DNA of 64,000 nucleotides. It comes from Patescibacteria group bacterium (GTDB lineage: Bacteria; Patescibacteriota; Minisyncoccia; JACQLN01). Position 1 is the stretch's first letter. Every line of letters starts with the position of its first letter. The stretch covers positions 29,652 to 93,651 of the forward strand of contig JBBTRR010000001.1 of NCBI GenBank assembly GCA_038065095.1. Reading direction: 5' to 3'. A program made the translations under genes and the position numbers. This document shows, one piece after another, positions 28,391 to 37,532 of this stretch. Below the pieces are notes generated by a model. The model saw nothing but the letters and a program-made list of their open reading frames with translations, was not told the origin of the DNA and made no database searches.

Positions 28391-28672
28391 ATGGATAAAA
28401 AAATGTTAAAATCAATCAGTGTGTTTGTTAAATTTGATCTGGTTCTTGAGCCAATTACTGGGCAAACAGAAATGAAAATTATAGTGAGCGAGGGTGCGCC
28501 GTTTATTTTTCTTTTACATAGTATTTTTACTTCTTACCCCGAGATTCAAAGAAGATATCCTCCGGGCAAACTAACCATGGCGCTAAATGGTTGCCGACCG
28601 ACAGAACACGAATTCCTTCAGGACGGAGATATAGTAAGTTTCTCCATACAAAGCTACCTATTTAATAATTAG
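28391..28672 (+). CDS. MoaD/ThiS-like beta-grasp protein lacking C-terminal GG
   Basis: LNGCRP...LQDGDIVSF pattern. Confidence 0.55.
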   Translation: MDKKMLKSISVFVKFDLVLEPITGQTEMKIIVSEGAPFIFLLHSIFTSYPEIQRRYPPGKLTMALNGCRPTEHEFLQDGDIVSFSIQSYLFNN

Positions 28673-28704
28673 CAAGGACAGTCCTTGCTAGGGCTTGAAT
28701 TCAT

Positions 28705-28968
28705 ATGCCACGAATTACATCTGTAACTGTTGAATGCAAATGCGGGCAGGAGATTTTTAAATATCAAAAAGCTGGCACTGGCCGGTTAGTTAAATGTTTT
28801 CTTGGCAGAATTTTAGAAGACTATATTTCTTTGCCAAAACACTTGCCCACTGGAGTAAGTGTTTTGTGTTCTAAGTGCGGCGAAAGAGTGGGTACTATAC
28901 AATTAATTCATGGTGCACCAGCTGTAAAATTAAACCAAGGTCAAATCCAATCCATCCGCATCGGTTAA
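28705..28968 (+). CDS. zinc-ribbon hypothetical protein
   Basis: CKCG ... C ... CSKCG; KYQKAGTGRLVKC. Confidence 0.6.
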   Translation: MPRITSVTVECKCGQEIFKYQKAGTGRLVKCFLGRILEDYISLPKHLPTGVSVLCSKCGERVGTIQLIHGAPAVKLNQGQIQSIRIG

Positions 28969-29005
28969 CAACATTCTCACATTCTGCAGAATATGAGAAT
29001 GTTGT
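28968..29005. repeat. 38-bp near-perfect palindrome (core CATTCTGCAGAAT)
   Basis: ACAACATTCTCACATTCTG|CAGAATATGAGAATGTTGT with one mismatch. Confidence 0.85.
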
Positions 29006-29036
29006 GCGTAGGGGGATGGAGGATTAAAATATAACT

Positions 29037-29315
29037 ATGAGCAGAAAAGCCAAAACCGCAAAACAACTAGAAAGGCATTTTAAAGGGATTTCTAATCACC
29101 GTAGAATTGAGATTTTATGTTTGATCGCTAAGGTAGATAAAATTAGTTTAGACGACATTGCTGAAAATTTAGATTGCAATATAAAAACAATTTCGGAGCA
29201 CACCAGAAAACTGGTTCAGGCGGGTTTAGTAAATAAAAAATACCAAGGCAGATTAGTGGAACACTCTCTTTCACCTTACGGACATATTCTTCATAAGTTT
29301 ATTAAATCATTCTGA
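29037..29315 (+). CDS. ArsR-like winged-helix regulator
   Basis: HRRIEIL...IAENL...TISEHTRKLVQAGLV. Confidence 0.8.
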   Translation: MSRKAKTAKQLERHFKGISNHRRIEILCLIAKVDKISLDDIAENLDCNIKTISEHTRKLVQAGLVNKKYQGRLVEHSLSPYGHILHKFIKSF

Positions 29316-29337
29316 CATTCTGCAGAATGTCAGAATG
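29308..29337. repeat. 30-bp perfect palindrome (same core)
   Basis: CATTCTGACATTCTG|CAGAATGTCAGAATG. Confidence 0.85.
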
Positions 29338-29343
29338 TGCTAA

Positions 29344-29889
29344 ATGAACAGCATTAAATACACTCTAAAATTAAGTAAGAAAGCGAGAAGGTTAAGGCTC
29401 GCTATTTATTGCGATGGTGCGGTGGTGTTAACCGCGCCGCATTCAGCGAGCGAAAATTTTATAAACCAATTTGTTGCTAAAAATACAGAATGGATTTTAA
29501 AAAAGCTTAAGGACTTTGCGCCCAGGGCGCACCAGCCTCGGGCTGGTAAACTTAGTAGTCGTAAATTATATATTAAACATAAAGACGAAGCTTTGGTGTT
29601 AGCTCAAAACCGAGTTAATTATTTTAATCAGTTTTATGGTTTTAAATTTAATAAAATAAATATTCGAAATCAGAAAACTCGCTGGGGTAGTTGTTCTAAA
29701 AAAGGCAATTTAAATTTTAATTATAAAATAGCGCTTTTACCTGCATACGCAGCCGATTATATTATTGTTCACGAACTTTGCCACTTGAGCGAATTTAACC
29801 ACTCGCGTAATTTTTGGAATTTGGTAGCTAAAACAATTCCTAATTATTTAGCCATAAGAAAAGAATTAAAACGCGGTGGTATATGTTAA
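29344..29889 (+). CDS. YgjP/SprT-like zinc metallopeptidase-fold protein
   Basis: KTRWGSCS and IVHELCHL..NHS..FW motifs. Confidence 0.85.
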   Translation: MNSIKYTLKLSKKARRLRLAIYCDGAVVLTAPHSASENFINQFVAKNTEWILKKLKDFAPRAHQPRAGKLSSRKLYIKHKDEALVLAQNRVNYFNQFYGFKFNKINIRNQKTRWGSCSKKGNLNFNYKIALLPAYAADYIIVHELCHLSEFNHSRNFWNLVAKTIPNYLAIRKELKRGGIC

Positions 29890-29900
29890 AATAAATTTGT

Positions 29901-30155
29901 ATGATAGATAGAATCAAAAAAACTCAATCAGAAATAAGGCAAGAAATTAGGGAAAAAACTTTAGGCTATATTGTAACTGCATTAGGTTTGGTGGTGGGTT
30001 TGGCTTGGAATGATGCCATAAAGGCTTTTATTGAATATTCTTTTCCTTTAACCAAAGACACAATACAAGCAAAATTTGTTTATGCTGGTGTAATAACGGT
30101 TATGATCGGGCTTATCACTTATATTTTGTCTAAGTTATTAGGAAGCAAAAAATAA
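29901..30155 (+). CDS. small membrane protein (DUF5654-like)
   Basis: TALGLVVGLAWNDAIK motif. Confidence 0.7.
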   Translation: MIDRIKKTQSEIRQEIREKTLGYIVTALGLVVGLAWNDAIKAFIEYSFPLTKDTIQAKFVYAGVITVMIGLITYILSKLLGSKK

Positions 30156-30190
30156 AAGGTCGGTTAATAACAAATAAAAAATCTTTTATT

Positions 30191-30330
30191 ATGGCAGTAG
30201 TTAAATTAAATAAAAACAAAACAGGTTTAACATTAGGTTTGTTTTTGGGTTTGATGCATACAGTGTGGTCGCTTATGTAATGGGTTTTGTGTTTGCTTTT
30301 GTTTGGAACAAAGGTCATGGCCGAGATTAG
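30191..30330 (+). pseudogene. probable remnant of a small membrane-protein gene with an internal deletion
   Basis: MAVVKLNKNKTGLTLGLFLGLMHTVWSLM* followed out of frame by MGFVFAFVWNK; looks like the two ends of one membrane protein. Confidence 0.35.
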
Positions 30331-30332
30331 TT

Positions 30333-31943
30333 TTATTTAAGCGAGAATTTATAAACTTTAAAAGCCGGAATATTGTTTGCTCCATAACCGGTAATTTCTA
30401 TTGCCGGTTTTTGGTTGTTTTTTTGCAAAAGTAATTCTACATTTTTGGCGTATTCGGTTGGAGTAGTTTGTTTTAGTGGTGCGGCTTCTTCAGCTTTAAC
30501 AAAGTAGAGTGTAAAATCTTTAAAAGCCGAGATACCGTTTTTTTGTATAATATTTTCAAAGTTACTTGCCGTCATAACTGGTATGCCGTGGTAATACTGT
30601 CTACGACTAAAAAGCCAAAGGGATGATTGTAAAGCAATGTTATCGTCATAAATTATACCAGTTGGTGCGAGTGTGGTTGGATATTTTTCTGCATATTTTT
30701 GAATAACGGCATTCAAGTATGGGTTAGGGTGTACAGGTAAACTTGTTGGGCGGTTGTCGTTAAAAACAGAATCGAAATATTTATCTAGTTTTACTACCCC
30801 ATAATCTGGGCGCAAAAAAGCATAATTATATAGTTCGCCAATTATAATTGAAAACAAAATAATTCCAATACTTAAAAATTTATACGGTTTTTGCCATAAA
30901 AATAAAATAACTGCGGTTATAAAAAATATGGTAGGAATTATTAATAAAGAAACAAACCTAATAGCCGAGCCTGCTTCAACTAAAAGCAGAATTATAAAAA
31001 ACAGAGCAATTAGTATGAGTGCAAGTTCTTTTTTATATTTTAAAATTACTAAAATTAAACCAATTAAAACCATTGTTAGAAATGGTGTAGAAAATATTGC
31101 CGGAACATTTTCACCAATTTTAGAGAAAGGATCTTGGGTTTTACCTCCAAAAGCACTAACCGGCCAAGGTGTTTTTTGTTTTAGCACGTAGGCCAGTTGC
31201 AAATCAAAATGCCCAAAAGTTTTATACGAATAGATATTATAAACAATAACCGGCGAGAAGATTATTATAGCTAAAACTAAAGCCAAGTATATTTTTGAGT
31301 TTTTAAATAAATCGCGCCTAAAAATTAAAAGGTATACAAGATAGGTTGGTATTAAAAATATGGCAATATATTTAGTTAACATAGCTAGGCCGAAGGTTAA
31401 GCCAAAATGCCACCAATATTTTTTGTTATTTAGAAAACTTAAAAAGTAATAAATATTTAAGAGTATAAAAAAGAATAAAACCGATTCCATCATAGCCATA
31501 CGCGAAAGCGAAACATGGGCAAAACTGATGGCTGAAATAAAAGCCGAAATTAAACCAGCTTCTTCTTTTTTAAAAAGTTTTTTACCTATTAAATAAATTA
31601 AATAAACAAAACCAATACCAAAAATTGCCGAAGGCAAACGTGAGACAAAAAGTGAATTGCCAAATAAATTAAAAAATATTTTTTGAACTAAAAAAAATAG
31701 GGGCGGATGATCGTGAAAGGAAAGATTGAGCCATTTAGGCAAAATTGACCCCTCGACTGCGCTCGGGGCAAACCACTGAATAGGTGTGGTTTGGTAAGGG
31801 CTTTCCAAATAATCCAACCAACCGATAGAACGAAAAGAATAAAAAGACTCGTCAAAAACGAGTTCGGCCGAGCCTAAACCCCACAAGCGCAAAATGCCAG
31901 CTAGGGCCACAATTGCTATTATGATTGTTCTGTTTTTGGTCAT
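30333..31943 (-). CDS. ArnT/PMT-family (GT-C) glycosyltransferase
   Basis: FDESFY, DHPPL, RLPSA and LTKY motifs; many TM helices. Confidence 0.85.
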   Translation of the reverse strand: MTKNRTIIIAIVALAGILRLWGLGSAELVFDESFYSFRSIGWLDYLESPYQTTPIQWFAPSAVEGSILPKWLNLSFHDHPPLFFLVQKIFFNLFGNSLFVSRLPSAIFGIGFVYLIYLIGKKLFKKEEAGLISAFISAISFAHVSLSRMAMMESVLFFFILLNIYYFLSFLNNKKYWWHFGLTFGLAMLTKYIAIFLIPTYLVYLLIFRRDLFKNSKIYLALVLAIIIFSPVIVYNIYSYKTFGHFDLQLAYVLKQKTPWPVSAFGGKTQDPFSKIGENVPAIFSTPFLTMVLIGLILVILKYKKELALILIALFFIILLLVEAGSAIRFVSLLIIPTIFFITAVILFLWQKPYKFLSIGIILFSIIIGELYNYAFLRPDYGVVKLDKYFDSVFNDNRPTSLPVHPNPYLNAVIQKYAEKYPTTLAPTGIIYDDNIALQSSLWLFSRRQYYHGIPVMTASNFENIIQKNGISAFKDFTLYFVKAEEAAPLKQTTPTEYAKNVELLLQKNNQKPAIEITGYGANNIPAFKVYKFSLK

Positions 31944-31975
31944 TTTGTAAATTATATCTAATTACGACATTTCAT

Positions 31976-32101
31976 GATAATAAATTCTGGCTACCATTCG
32001 CTCGCCCAGCGAGCTTGCTCATTGGTACTGCTCACTCGCTCTTCCCGTAAAACGGGAAACCATGCCCGCTCGTTCGCAGAACCGCGCCAGAACTTATTAT
32101 C
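31976..32101. repeat. branched hairpin element with TCGCTC motifs
   Basis: Outer stem GATAATAAATTCTGGC/GCCAGAACTTATTATC enclosing sub-hairpins. Confidence 0.6.
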
Positions 32102-32125
32102 CCTTTATTCTTATTAAGGAAAAGA

Positions 32126-32250
32126 CGGAACATTATTCCGAGCAGCATCCCGCCAGAGGCGGGCAAGTATGGAGTTTACCTGCCGATGAGGCAGGAAGAC
32201 TATTTATATAATAAAGAGGCTCCATATCGTCTGCGAGGGGTAATGTTCCG
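32126..32250 (-). repeat. dispersed hairpin element, copy F (inverted, long form)
   Basis: Reverse complement carries CAGACGATATGGAGCCTC...CTCCATA...ATGCTGCTC with the same two mini-hairpin inserts as copy E. Confidence 0.85.
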
Positions 32251-32279
32251 CTTGGTAATCTGTTATACTTTTAACGTTT

Positions 32280-32831
32280 ATGAAATCTATAGAAGGTATT
32301 ATTTTAAAAAATTCGCCACGGCACGAAGCCGACGCTGTTTTTACGCTTTATACCAAAGAACACGGCTTAATGGAACTGCAAGCAAAAAGCGTACGCAAAC
32401 ATTCGGGTAAACTTCGGCATGGCTTAGATATGTTTAATCATGCCGAAGTGTTTTTTGTACCTTCAAAATATATGCCAATAATTACAGATTTTAAAGTTAA
32501 AGATTCTAATTTAATTTTAAAAAACGATTTATACCGTTTAAAGTTAGCTCACTTTGTGGTTCAAATAATATTTAGAATTTTTGAACCAGGTATGGGCGAA
32601 GCCAAAGTTTGGGAAAAAACTTCCGACTTTTTTTCTATTTTAAATAATAAGCATGCCACTAGAGATGGATTAAAGGAATCGGCTTACCTTTGGTGCTACT
32701 ATATTTTAGATTCAAACGGCTTAAATCCTAGAGCACCCGATTTTAAATTAGAAGACTCTGGCTTACTTAGAACAAGGATCAAATATCTGTTCCTCCATAA
32801 TTTTGGGGTTAATTTAGACAAGCTGATATAA
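32280..32831 (+). CDS. recO: DNA repair protein RecO (short form)
   Basis: EGIILK...EADAVFTLYTKEHG...AKSVRKHSGKL. Confidence 0.8.
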   Translation: MKSIEGIILKNSPRHEADAVFTLYTKEHGLMELQAKSVRKHSGKLRHGLDMFNHAEVFFVPSKYMPIITDFKVKDSNLILKNDLYRLKLAHFVVQIIFRIFEPGMGEAKVWEKTSDFFSILNNKHATRDGLKESAYLWCYYILDSNGLNPRAPDFKLEDSGLLRTRIKYLFLHNFGVNLDKLI

Positions 32832-32840
32832 TTGTTACAT

Positions 32841-34223
32841 ATGCCAGACAATTTAGAAGAGCTACAAAAAAAGCTTTATACAGAACAAAAACCGATTTTA
32901 CCGCCAGTCGAAGTTGAAGTTGTAAAAAAAGAAGTTGTTGCTCCACTGCCATTAACAGAAGATGTGGCACCTTCGCCAGCTATTTGGAAAAGAATATTTT
33001 TAGGTGCGGGTTTTTTCTTTTTAATTGCAGTAACCGTGGCGGTCTATGTTTTTTTTCGTGGCTTTTATGCTTTTAGAAAAGATAGAGTAGAAATTAAATT
33101 AAGCGCGCCTGCCGAAGTTAGTGCGGGCGAGACTGTAGTTTGGAAATTAAGACTGGTTAATAAAAATGAAACCGAATTAAAAGATGGAGTTTTAACTTTT
33201 CAATTTCCAGATTTTTCCCAACCCGTAATTGAAACTGCCGAAGCTGATCAATTTAAACAAAGTGTTTTAAAGCAAACAATTTCTATTCCAGAATTAAAAC
33301 CTAGCGGTTTATATGAAAGAGAATTTAAAGCCGTTGTTTTTGGTGGTGATAATTTTGAAAGAAAAGCTCAAGCAGTTTTTAATTTTAAACCTTCAGCCGG
33401 CACCATTGTTTTTCAATCTATTGCTACTGCAGTCACAAAAATTTCTTCTTTTCCAATAAATTTAAACATAGAATCTTCGGCCGAAACAATTTCGGGCGAA
33501 AATGTGGAAGTTAAATTTAAATTAAAAAACGAAGGTGAAGTCGCTTTTACTAATTTAAGATTACGTTTGGAATCGCCGGCTGGTTTTAGATTAACAGAGT
33601 CTTCCGAAAAACTTGCCGAATTTAACAATGTTTGGCGCCTAGATTCTATTTTACCTCAAGAAGAAAAAGTTTTAGTTATTAAAGGACTGGTTACCGGTAT
33701 AGAAGGCGAAGGCAAAGTGTTTAGAGTTTTTGTTGAAGGTTCGGAAGGTACAAGTTGGAAAACATATAAGGAATCTAGTGGTACAGTAAAACTTGTTATG
33801 GTGCCTCTGGCTTTATTTGTGGGTACTAATCTAGATGGCATAACTTCGGCACGGGCGGGCGAGACGATTACATATAAAATTAGTTATCAAAATAATTTAG
33901 ATATCCCGCTGGCTAATTTAACTTTAAAAATTAAATTTGAGGGTGATGGTTTTAATTTAACTTCGGTACAGCCAAGTATTGGTTTAGATTCTGCTTCTAA
34001 AACAATAATCTTAAATCGTGATAATTCCGCCGATCTTTTTGGCATAGAACCGCAAGAAAAAAAAGAAATAACTTTAAAAATTAAAGTAAAAGATAATGCT
34101 ACTGGCGGTGCTAAATTACCTGTTACAGCCATAATAGAATCCACCACTAAACCAGAAGGATTATCTGTTTCTAAAATTTTTTCTAGTCAAAATTTGACCT
34201 TAGAAGTAAAAAGTGGAGAATAA
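32841..34223 (+). CDS. membrane-anchored protein with repeated Ig-like (DUF11-like) domains
   Basis: Single TM helix followed by repeated beta-rich xGExVxxxxxxxN units. Confidence 0.65.
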   Translation: MPDNLEELQKKLYTEQKPILPPVEVEVVKKEVVAPLPLTEDVAPSPAIWKRIFLGAGFFFLIAVTVAVYVFFRGFYAFRKDRVEIKLSAPAEVSAGETVVWKLRLVNKNETELKDGVLTFQFPDFSQPVIETAEADQFKQSVLKQTISIPELKPSGLYEREFKAVVFGGDNFERKAQAVFNFKPSAGTIVFQSIATAVTKISSFPINLNIESSAETISGENVEVKFKLKNEGEVAFTNLRLRLESPAGFRLTESSEKLAEFNNVWRLDSILPQEEKVLVIKGLVTGIEGEGKVFRVFVEGSEGTSWKTYKESSGTVKLVMVPLALFVGTNLDGITSARAGETITYKISYQNNLDIPLANLTLKIKFEGDGFNLTSVQPSIGLDSASKTIILNRDNSADLFGIEPQEKKEITLKIKVKDNATGGAKLPVTAIIESTTKPEGLSVSKIFSSQNLTLEVKSGE

Positions 34224-34259
34224 GAAGTAAGTTCTTTTACAAATTCAAAGGAGACTAAG

Positions 34260-34568
34260 ATGATAAAAATATCTGAACGTCCAAATGTTTGTATTTTATG
34301 TGAAGTGAAGTGTCCAGTTTGTGGAAATTTTAAAAAACCAATTGATACTAGGTTAATTGAGGTTTGTTATACTGGGGCAGATGGTAGCTTGACTGGTTGG
34401 GCCGTTATTACTAATTGTTGTCAAGCTATTCTCTTTAAGTCTTATTCATTTAGTGGTGTACTTAATTTGTTAGCTATTAGCAATAGTCATTCTTCACATA
34501 TAAAGATAGTTAGGCCACCCTCGGTTCTGATTGAAGTTCTTGAAATTAAGGAACCTGCACCCAATTAA
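34260..34568 (+). CDS. Cys-rich hypothetical protein
   Basis: AAGGAG RBS; CxxC motifs. Confidence 0.45.
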   Translation: MIKISERPNVCILCEVKCPVCGNFKKPIDTRLIEVCYTGADGSLTGWAVITNCCQAILFKSYSFSGVLNLLAISNSHSSHIKIVRPPSVLIEVLEIKEPAPN

Positions 34569-34638
34569 TATCCGTTCCGATTGCGCATCGGGCGGATTTT
34601 ATTTTGCTCGTAAGCTTTCAAATTGGTATAGTATTCTA

Positions 34639-35943
34639 ATGACAGATTCAATAGATAAAATAGTTTCTTTATGTAAGCGCCGAGGGTTTGTTTACCCGGG
34701 TAGCGAAATTTATGGTGGCTTAGCCAACAGTTGGGATTATGGCCCATTGGGCGCGGAATTAAAAAACAATATAAAACAGTTGTGGTGGAAGAAGTTTGTG
34801 CATGGTCGTGATGATGTAGTTGGTATAGATGCGGCTTTAATAATGAATCCAAAAGTTTGGGAAGCTTCGGGGCACGTGGCAACTTTTAGCGACCCTTTGG
34901 TTGAATGTATTAAATGCCATTCTCGTTTTAGAGCAGATCAGTTTAATGGAACATGTGAACAATGTGGTGGTAAAAAATTTAGCGAAGCCAAACAGTTTAA
35001 TTTAATGTTAAAAACTTTTCTGGGGCCAGTAGAAAATTCTGATAGTGTTGTTTATTTTCGCCCTGAAACTGCCCAAGCTATGTTTGTAGATTTTAAAAAT
35101 GTTTTAGATACTTCGCGTAAAACTATTCCATTTGGTATTGCTCAAATTGGTAAAGCTTTTAGAAACGAGATTACCCCAGGGAACTTTATTTTTAGAACGC
35201 GCGAATTTGAACAAATGGAAATAGAGTATTTTATTAAAAAAGATACTTGGCAAGAAAACTTTGAACATTGGCGAAAAGAAATGCTAGGTTGGATGGAAGA
35301 TGTTGGTATAGATTTAAAACATGTGCACGAAATAGAAATTCCTGCCGAAGACAGGGCTCATTATTCTAAGCGCACCATAGATTTTGAATTTGATTTTCCT
35401 TTTGGCCGAAAAGAACTTTATGGTTTGGCTTACCGAACAGATTTTGATTTAAAAAATCACGAAAACGCATCTGGCCAAAACTTAAAATATCGCGAACAGG
35501 GAGACGGTACATCCAGCGGAGAAGAATACTGGCCACATGTTATAGAACCAACGTGGGGTGTAGATAGGTCGTTGCTTGCAGTGCTATGTAGTGCTTACGA
35601 TGATACCGATGCTAGTCGCACTGTCTTAAAACTAAATCCAAAAATAGCGCCATATAAAGTTGCAGTATTTCCTTTAATGAAAAATAAACCAGAGCTTGTG
35701 GAAGCGGCTAGAAAGGTTTATACCGGTTTAAAAAAAGAATTTGTGGTGGCGTGGGATGACAGAGGTAATGTGGGTAAGCGTTATTATAGCCAAGATGAAA
35801 TTGGCACACCTTATTGTATAACTGTAGATTTTCAAACTTTGGAAGATGAAACCGTAACAATCCGCGATAGAGATACTACTACACAGGAAAGAATAAAAAT
35901 TTCGGAATTAACAAATTATCTGTCAAACAAAATTTATAGATAA
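34639..35943 (+). CDS. glyS: glycine-tRNA ligase (homodimeric alpha2 type)
   Basis: LCKRRGF..SEIYGG, RPETAQ, FRNEITP and REFEQMEIE motifs; anticodon domain DEIGTP. Confidence 0.95.
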   Translation: MTDSIDKIVSLCKRRGFVYPGSEIYGGLANSWDYGPLGAELKNNIKQLWWKKFVHGRDDVVGIDAALIMNPKVWEASGHVATFSDPLVECIKCHSRFRADQFNGTCEQCGGKKFSEAKQFNLMLKTFLGPVENSDSVVYFRPETAQAMFVDFKNVLDTSRKTIPFGIAQIGKAFRNEITPGNFIFRTREFEQMEIEYFIKKDTWQENFEHWRKEMLGWMEDVGIDLKHVHEIEIPAEDRAHYSKRTIDFEFDFPFGRKELYGLAYRTDFDLKNHENASGQNLKYREQGDGTSSGEEYWPHVIEPTWGVDRSLLAVLCSAYDDTDASRTVLKLNPKIAPYKVAVFPLMKNKPELVEAARKVYTGLKKEFVVAWDDRGNVGKRYYSQDEIGTPYCITVDFQTLEDETVTIRDRDTTTQERIKISELTNYLSNKIYR

Positions 35944-35949
35944 AACATT

Positions 35950-36069
35950 ATGCCAAAGGATTTTGATAAGTGGAATTATAAGAAAAAAGAATTACAAAAA
36001 CGAGGAACTACTCCTTTTTGTTATCCGCGGGAAGTATGGTATATACAGGATATTAAGGGAGTTTCGTAA
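35950..36069 (+). pseudogene. truncated N-terminal remnant of a PemK/MazF-like toxin gene
   Basis: MPKDFDKWNYKKKELQ...PREVWY then an early stop; resembles the KDFDxWN...REIWW start of CPR PemK-like proteins (from memory). Confidence 0.4.
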
Positions 36070-36194
36070 TTCAAAGTACCCTTTGTATTTAAAGGTGGGG
36101 AGATGTTCTTTGAAAATGAAATAAGTTTAATTTTTTTCTTCTAAACTCGCGCCTACGGGCGCACATTCGTATCTGCGGACACAAGGAGGACACA

Positions 36195-36380
36195 ATGGTG
36201 GCTTACGAAGTAGGAATCGGGATTCTAATATCCGCGTTGTTGGCACTGATTTGTTTACTGGCGTCCAACAAGTGGGGAAAAGAATCGACGAAGTGGTTTC
36301 ATGTCGGGACCATCATCGCTATCGTTGTAGTTTTGATAGTGAAAGCAATTAAAGATCGTAAATGGAGGTTCTTCTCATGA
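36195..36380 (+). CDS. small membrane protein
   Basis: AAGGAGG RBS; 2 TM helices. Confidence 0.55.
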   Translation: MVAYEVGIGILISALLALICLLASNKWGKESTKWFHVGTIIAIVVVLIVKAIKDRKWRFFS

Positions 36381-37327
36381 ATCCTGTCGTTCGTCGCGTT
36401 CTCACCATAGTTACAATCGTCCTTGCGGGGTTTTTAATCCTGCAATTGGCAAGCGTACTGATGGCCATGTCGATTTATTCATGGTTTTTCCAAACCATTA
36501 GGAATGCATCAGGCATGCCTGATGCATTAAATGGGGCAATTAGTATTTGGCTCGTCGCCATCGTTCTGATGCTGCTCCCCACTTTCTTTTCTGCAATCTT
36601 CTTCAGGAAGACTCTAAAGAAGGTGCTCATCGTTGCAGGAGCACTGTCTGGTTGGGTTTTGATTGTATACTTCATGTCTTTGCCAAAGGAGGGACAGTTT
36701 TTCAACCCTATGACTGGGCAGACGATGTATCGTTATGCACGGTCTCCTGACGGCAAGATTGATCTCTTTCCTCTAGGTTACAAATTTCATCCGAGGTATG
36801 GAACAGAGTTGGAACTAGTAACACCAGAGATTATAAAAGAGATTGATCGAAAGGCTACAGAGGCTGTCATGAACCAAGAGAAGGAACAAGAACGACAAAG
36901 ATTGATGAACCTCAATTTGCAAAATGCGCAGAGAGAGAAAGAGCTGGCTCAGCAGAGAGCTGAAGCCAGTGAGCGAAGAGAGAAAGAGGCTCGGGCTAAA
37001 CTTCAGTTCTCTCAGAGAGAGAAAGAGCTGGCTCAGCAGAGAGCTGAAGCCAAAGAAAGCGAACAACAAAATCAGGAACTGGATCGACTCAGGGCTCAAA
37101 TCAAAGAAGGCCAAGAAAAAGTACTTCGACAGATGCGAGAGGATTCTGTTCGAGTAGCAAAGTACCTGGCTGAAAAAGAAGCTCAAGCATTAAAATCAAA
37201 AGAGAAGCCCAAGAAAGATATATGTAATGGTGGTCAGTCTCTTGGTCCAGGCATGTATGCTGGTAAAACATGTTGGGATTCCGACGGAGGAATGTATATT
37301 ACAGGAGGAAGTGTGACTCCTAGATGA
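36377..37327 (+). CDS. membrane protein with C-terminal coiled coil and an internal 40-bp duplication
   Basis: GGAGG RBS before ATG 36377; 3 TM helices; QREKELAQQRAEA occurs twice. Confidence 0.7.
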   Translation: MNPVVRRVLTIVTIVLAGFLILQLASVLMAMSIYSWFFQTIRNASGMPDALNGAISIWLVAIVLMLLPTFFSAIFFRKTLKKVLIVAGALSGWVLIVYFMSLPKEGQFFNPMTGQTMYRYARSPDGKIDLFPLGYKFHPRYGTELELVTPEIIKEIDRKATEAVMNQEKEQERQRLMNLNLQNAQREKELAQQRAEASERREKEARAKLQFSQREKELAQQRAEAKESEQQNQELDRLRAQIKEGQEKVLRQMREDSVRVAKYLAEKEAQALKSKEKPKKDICNGGQSLGPGMYAGKTCWDSDGGMYITGGSVTPR

Positions 37328-37532
37328 ACCAAAGAATATAATTAACTTGTGGGTGTCTTTGTATAACCCTTAAAAAGCTCTACGATTTTACAAATGTGAT
37401 ACGTAGGGCTTTTTCTTTTATATTTAAATATAAAGGTTCAACCTTTTCTTTTCTTGTCGGGGTTTTAATATAAAACAAAAACTGCTATTCTATTTTTAAG
37501 ATACATTTAAGTTTAATTTTAAAAAACAAATC

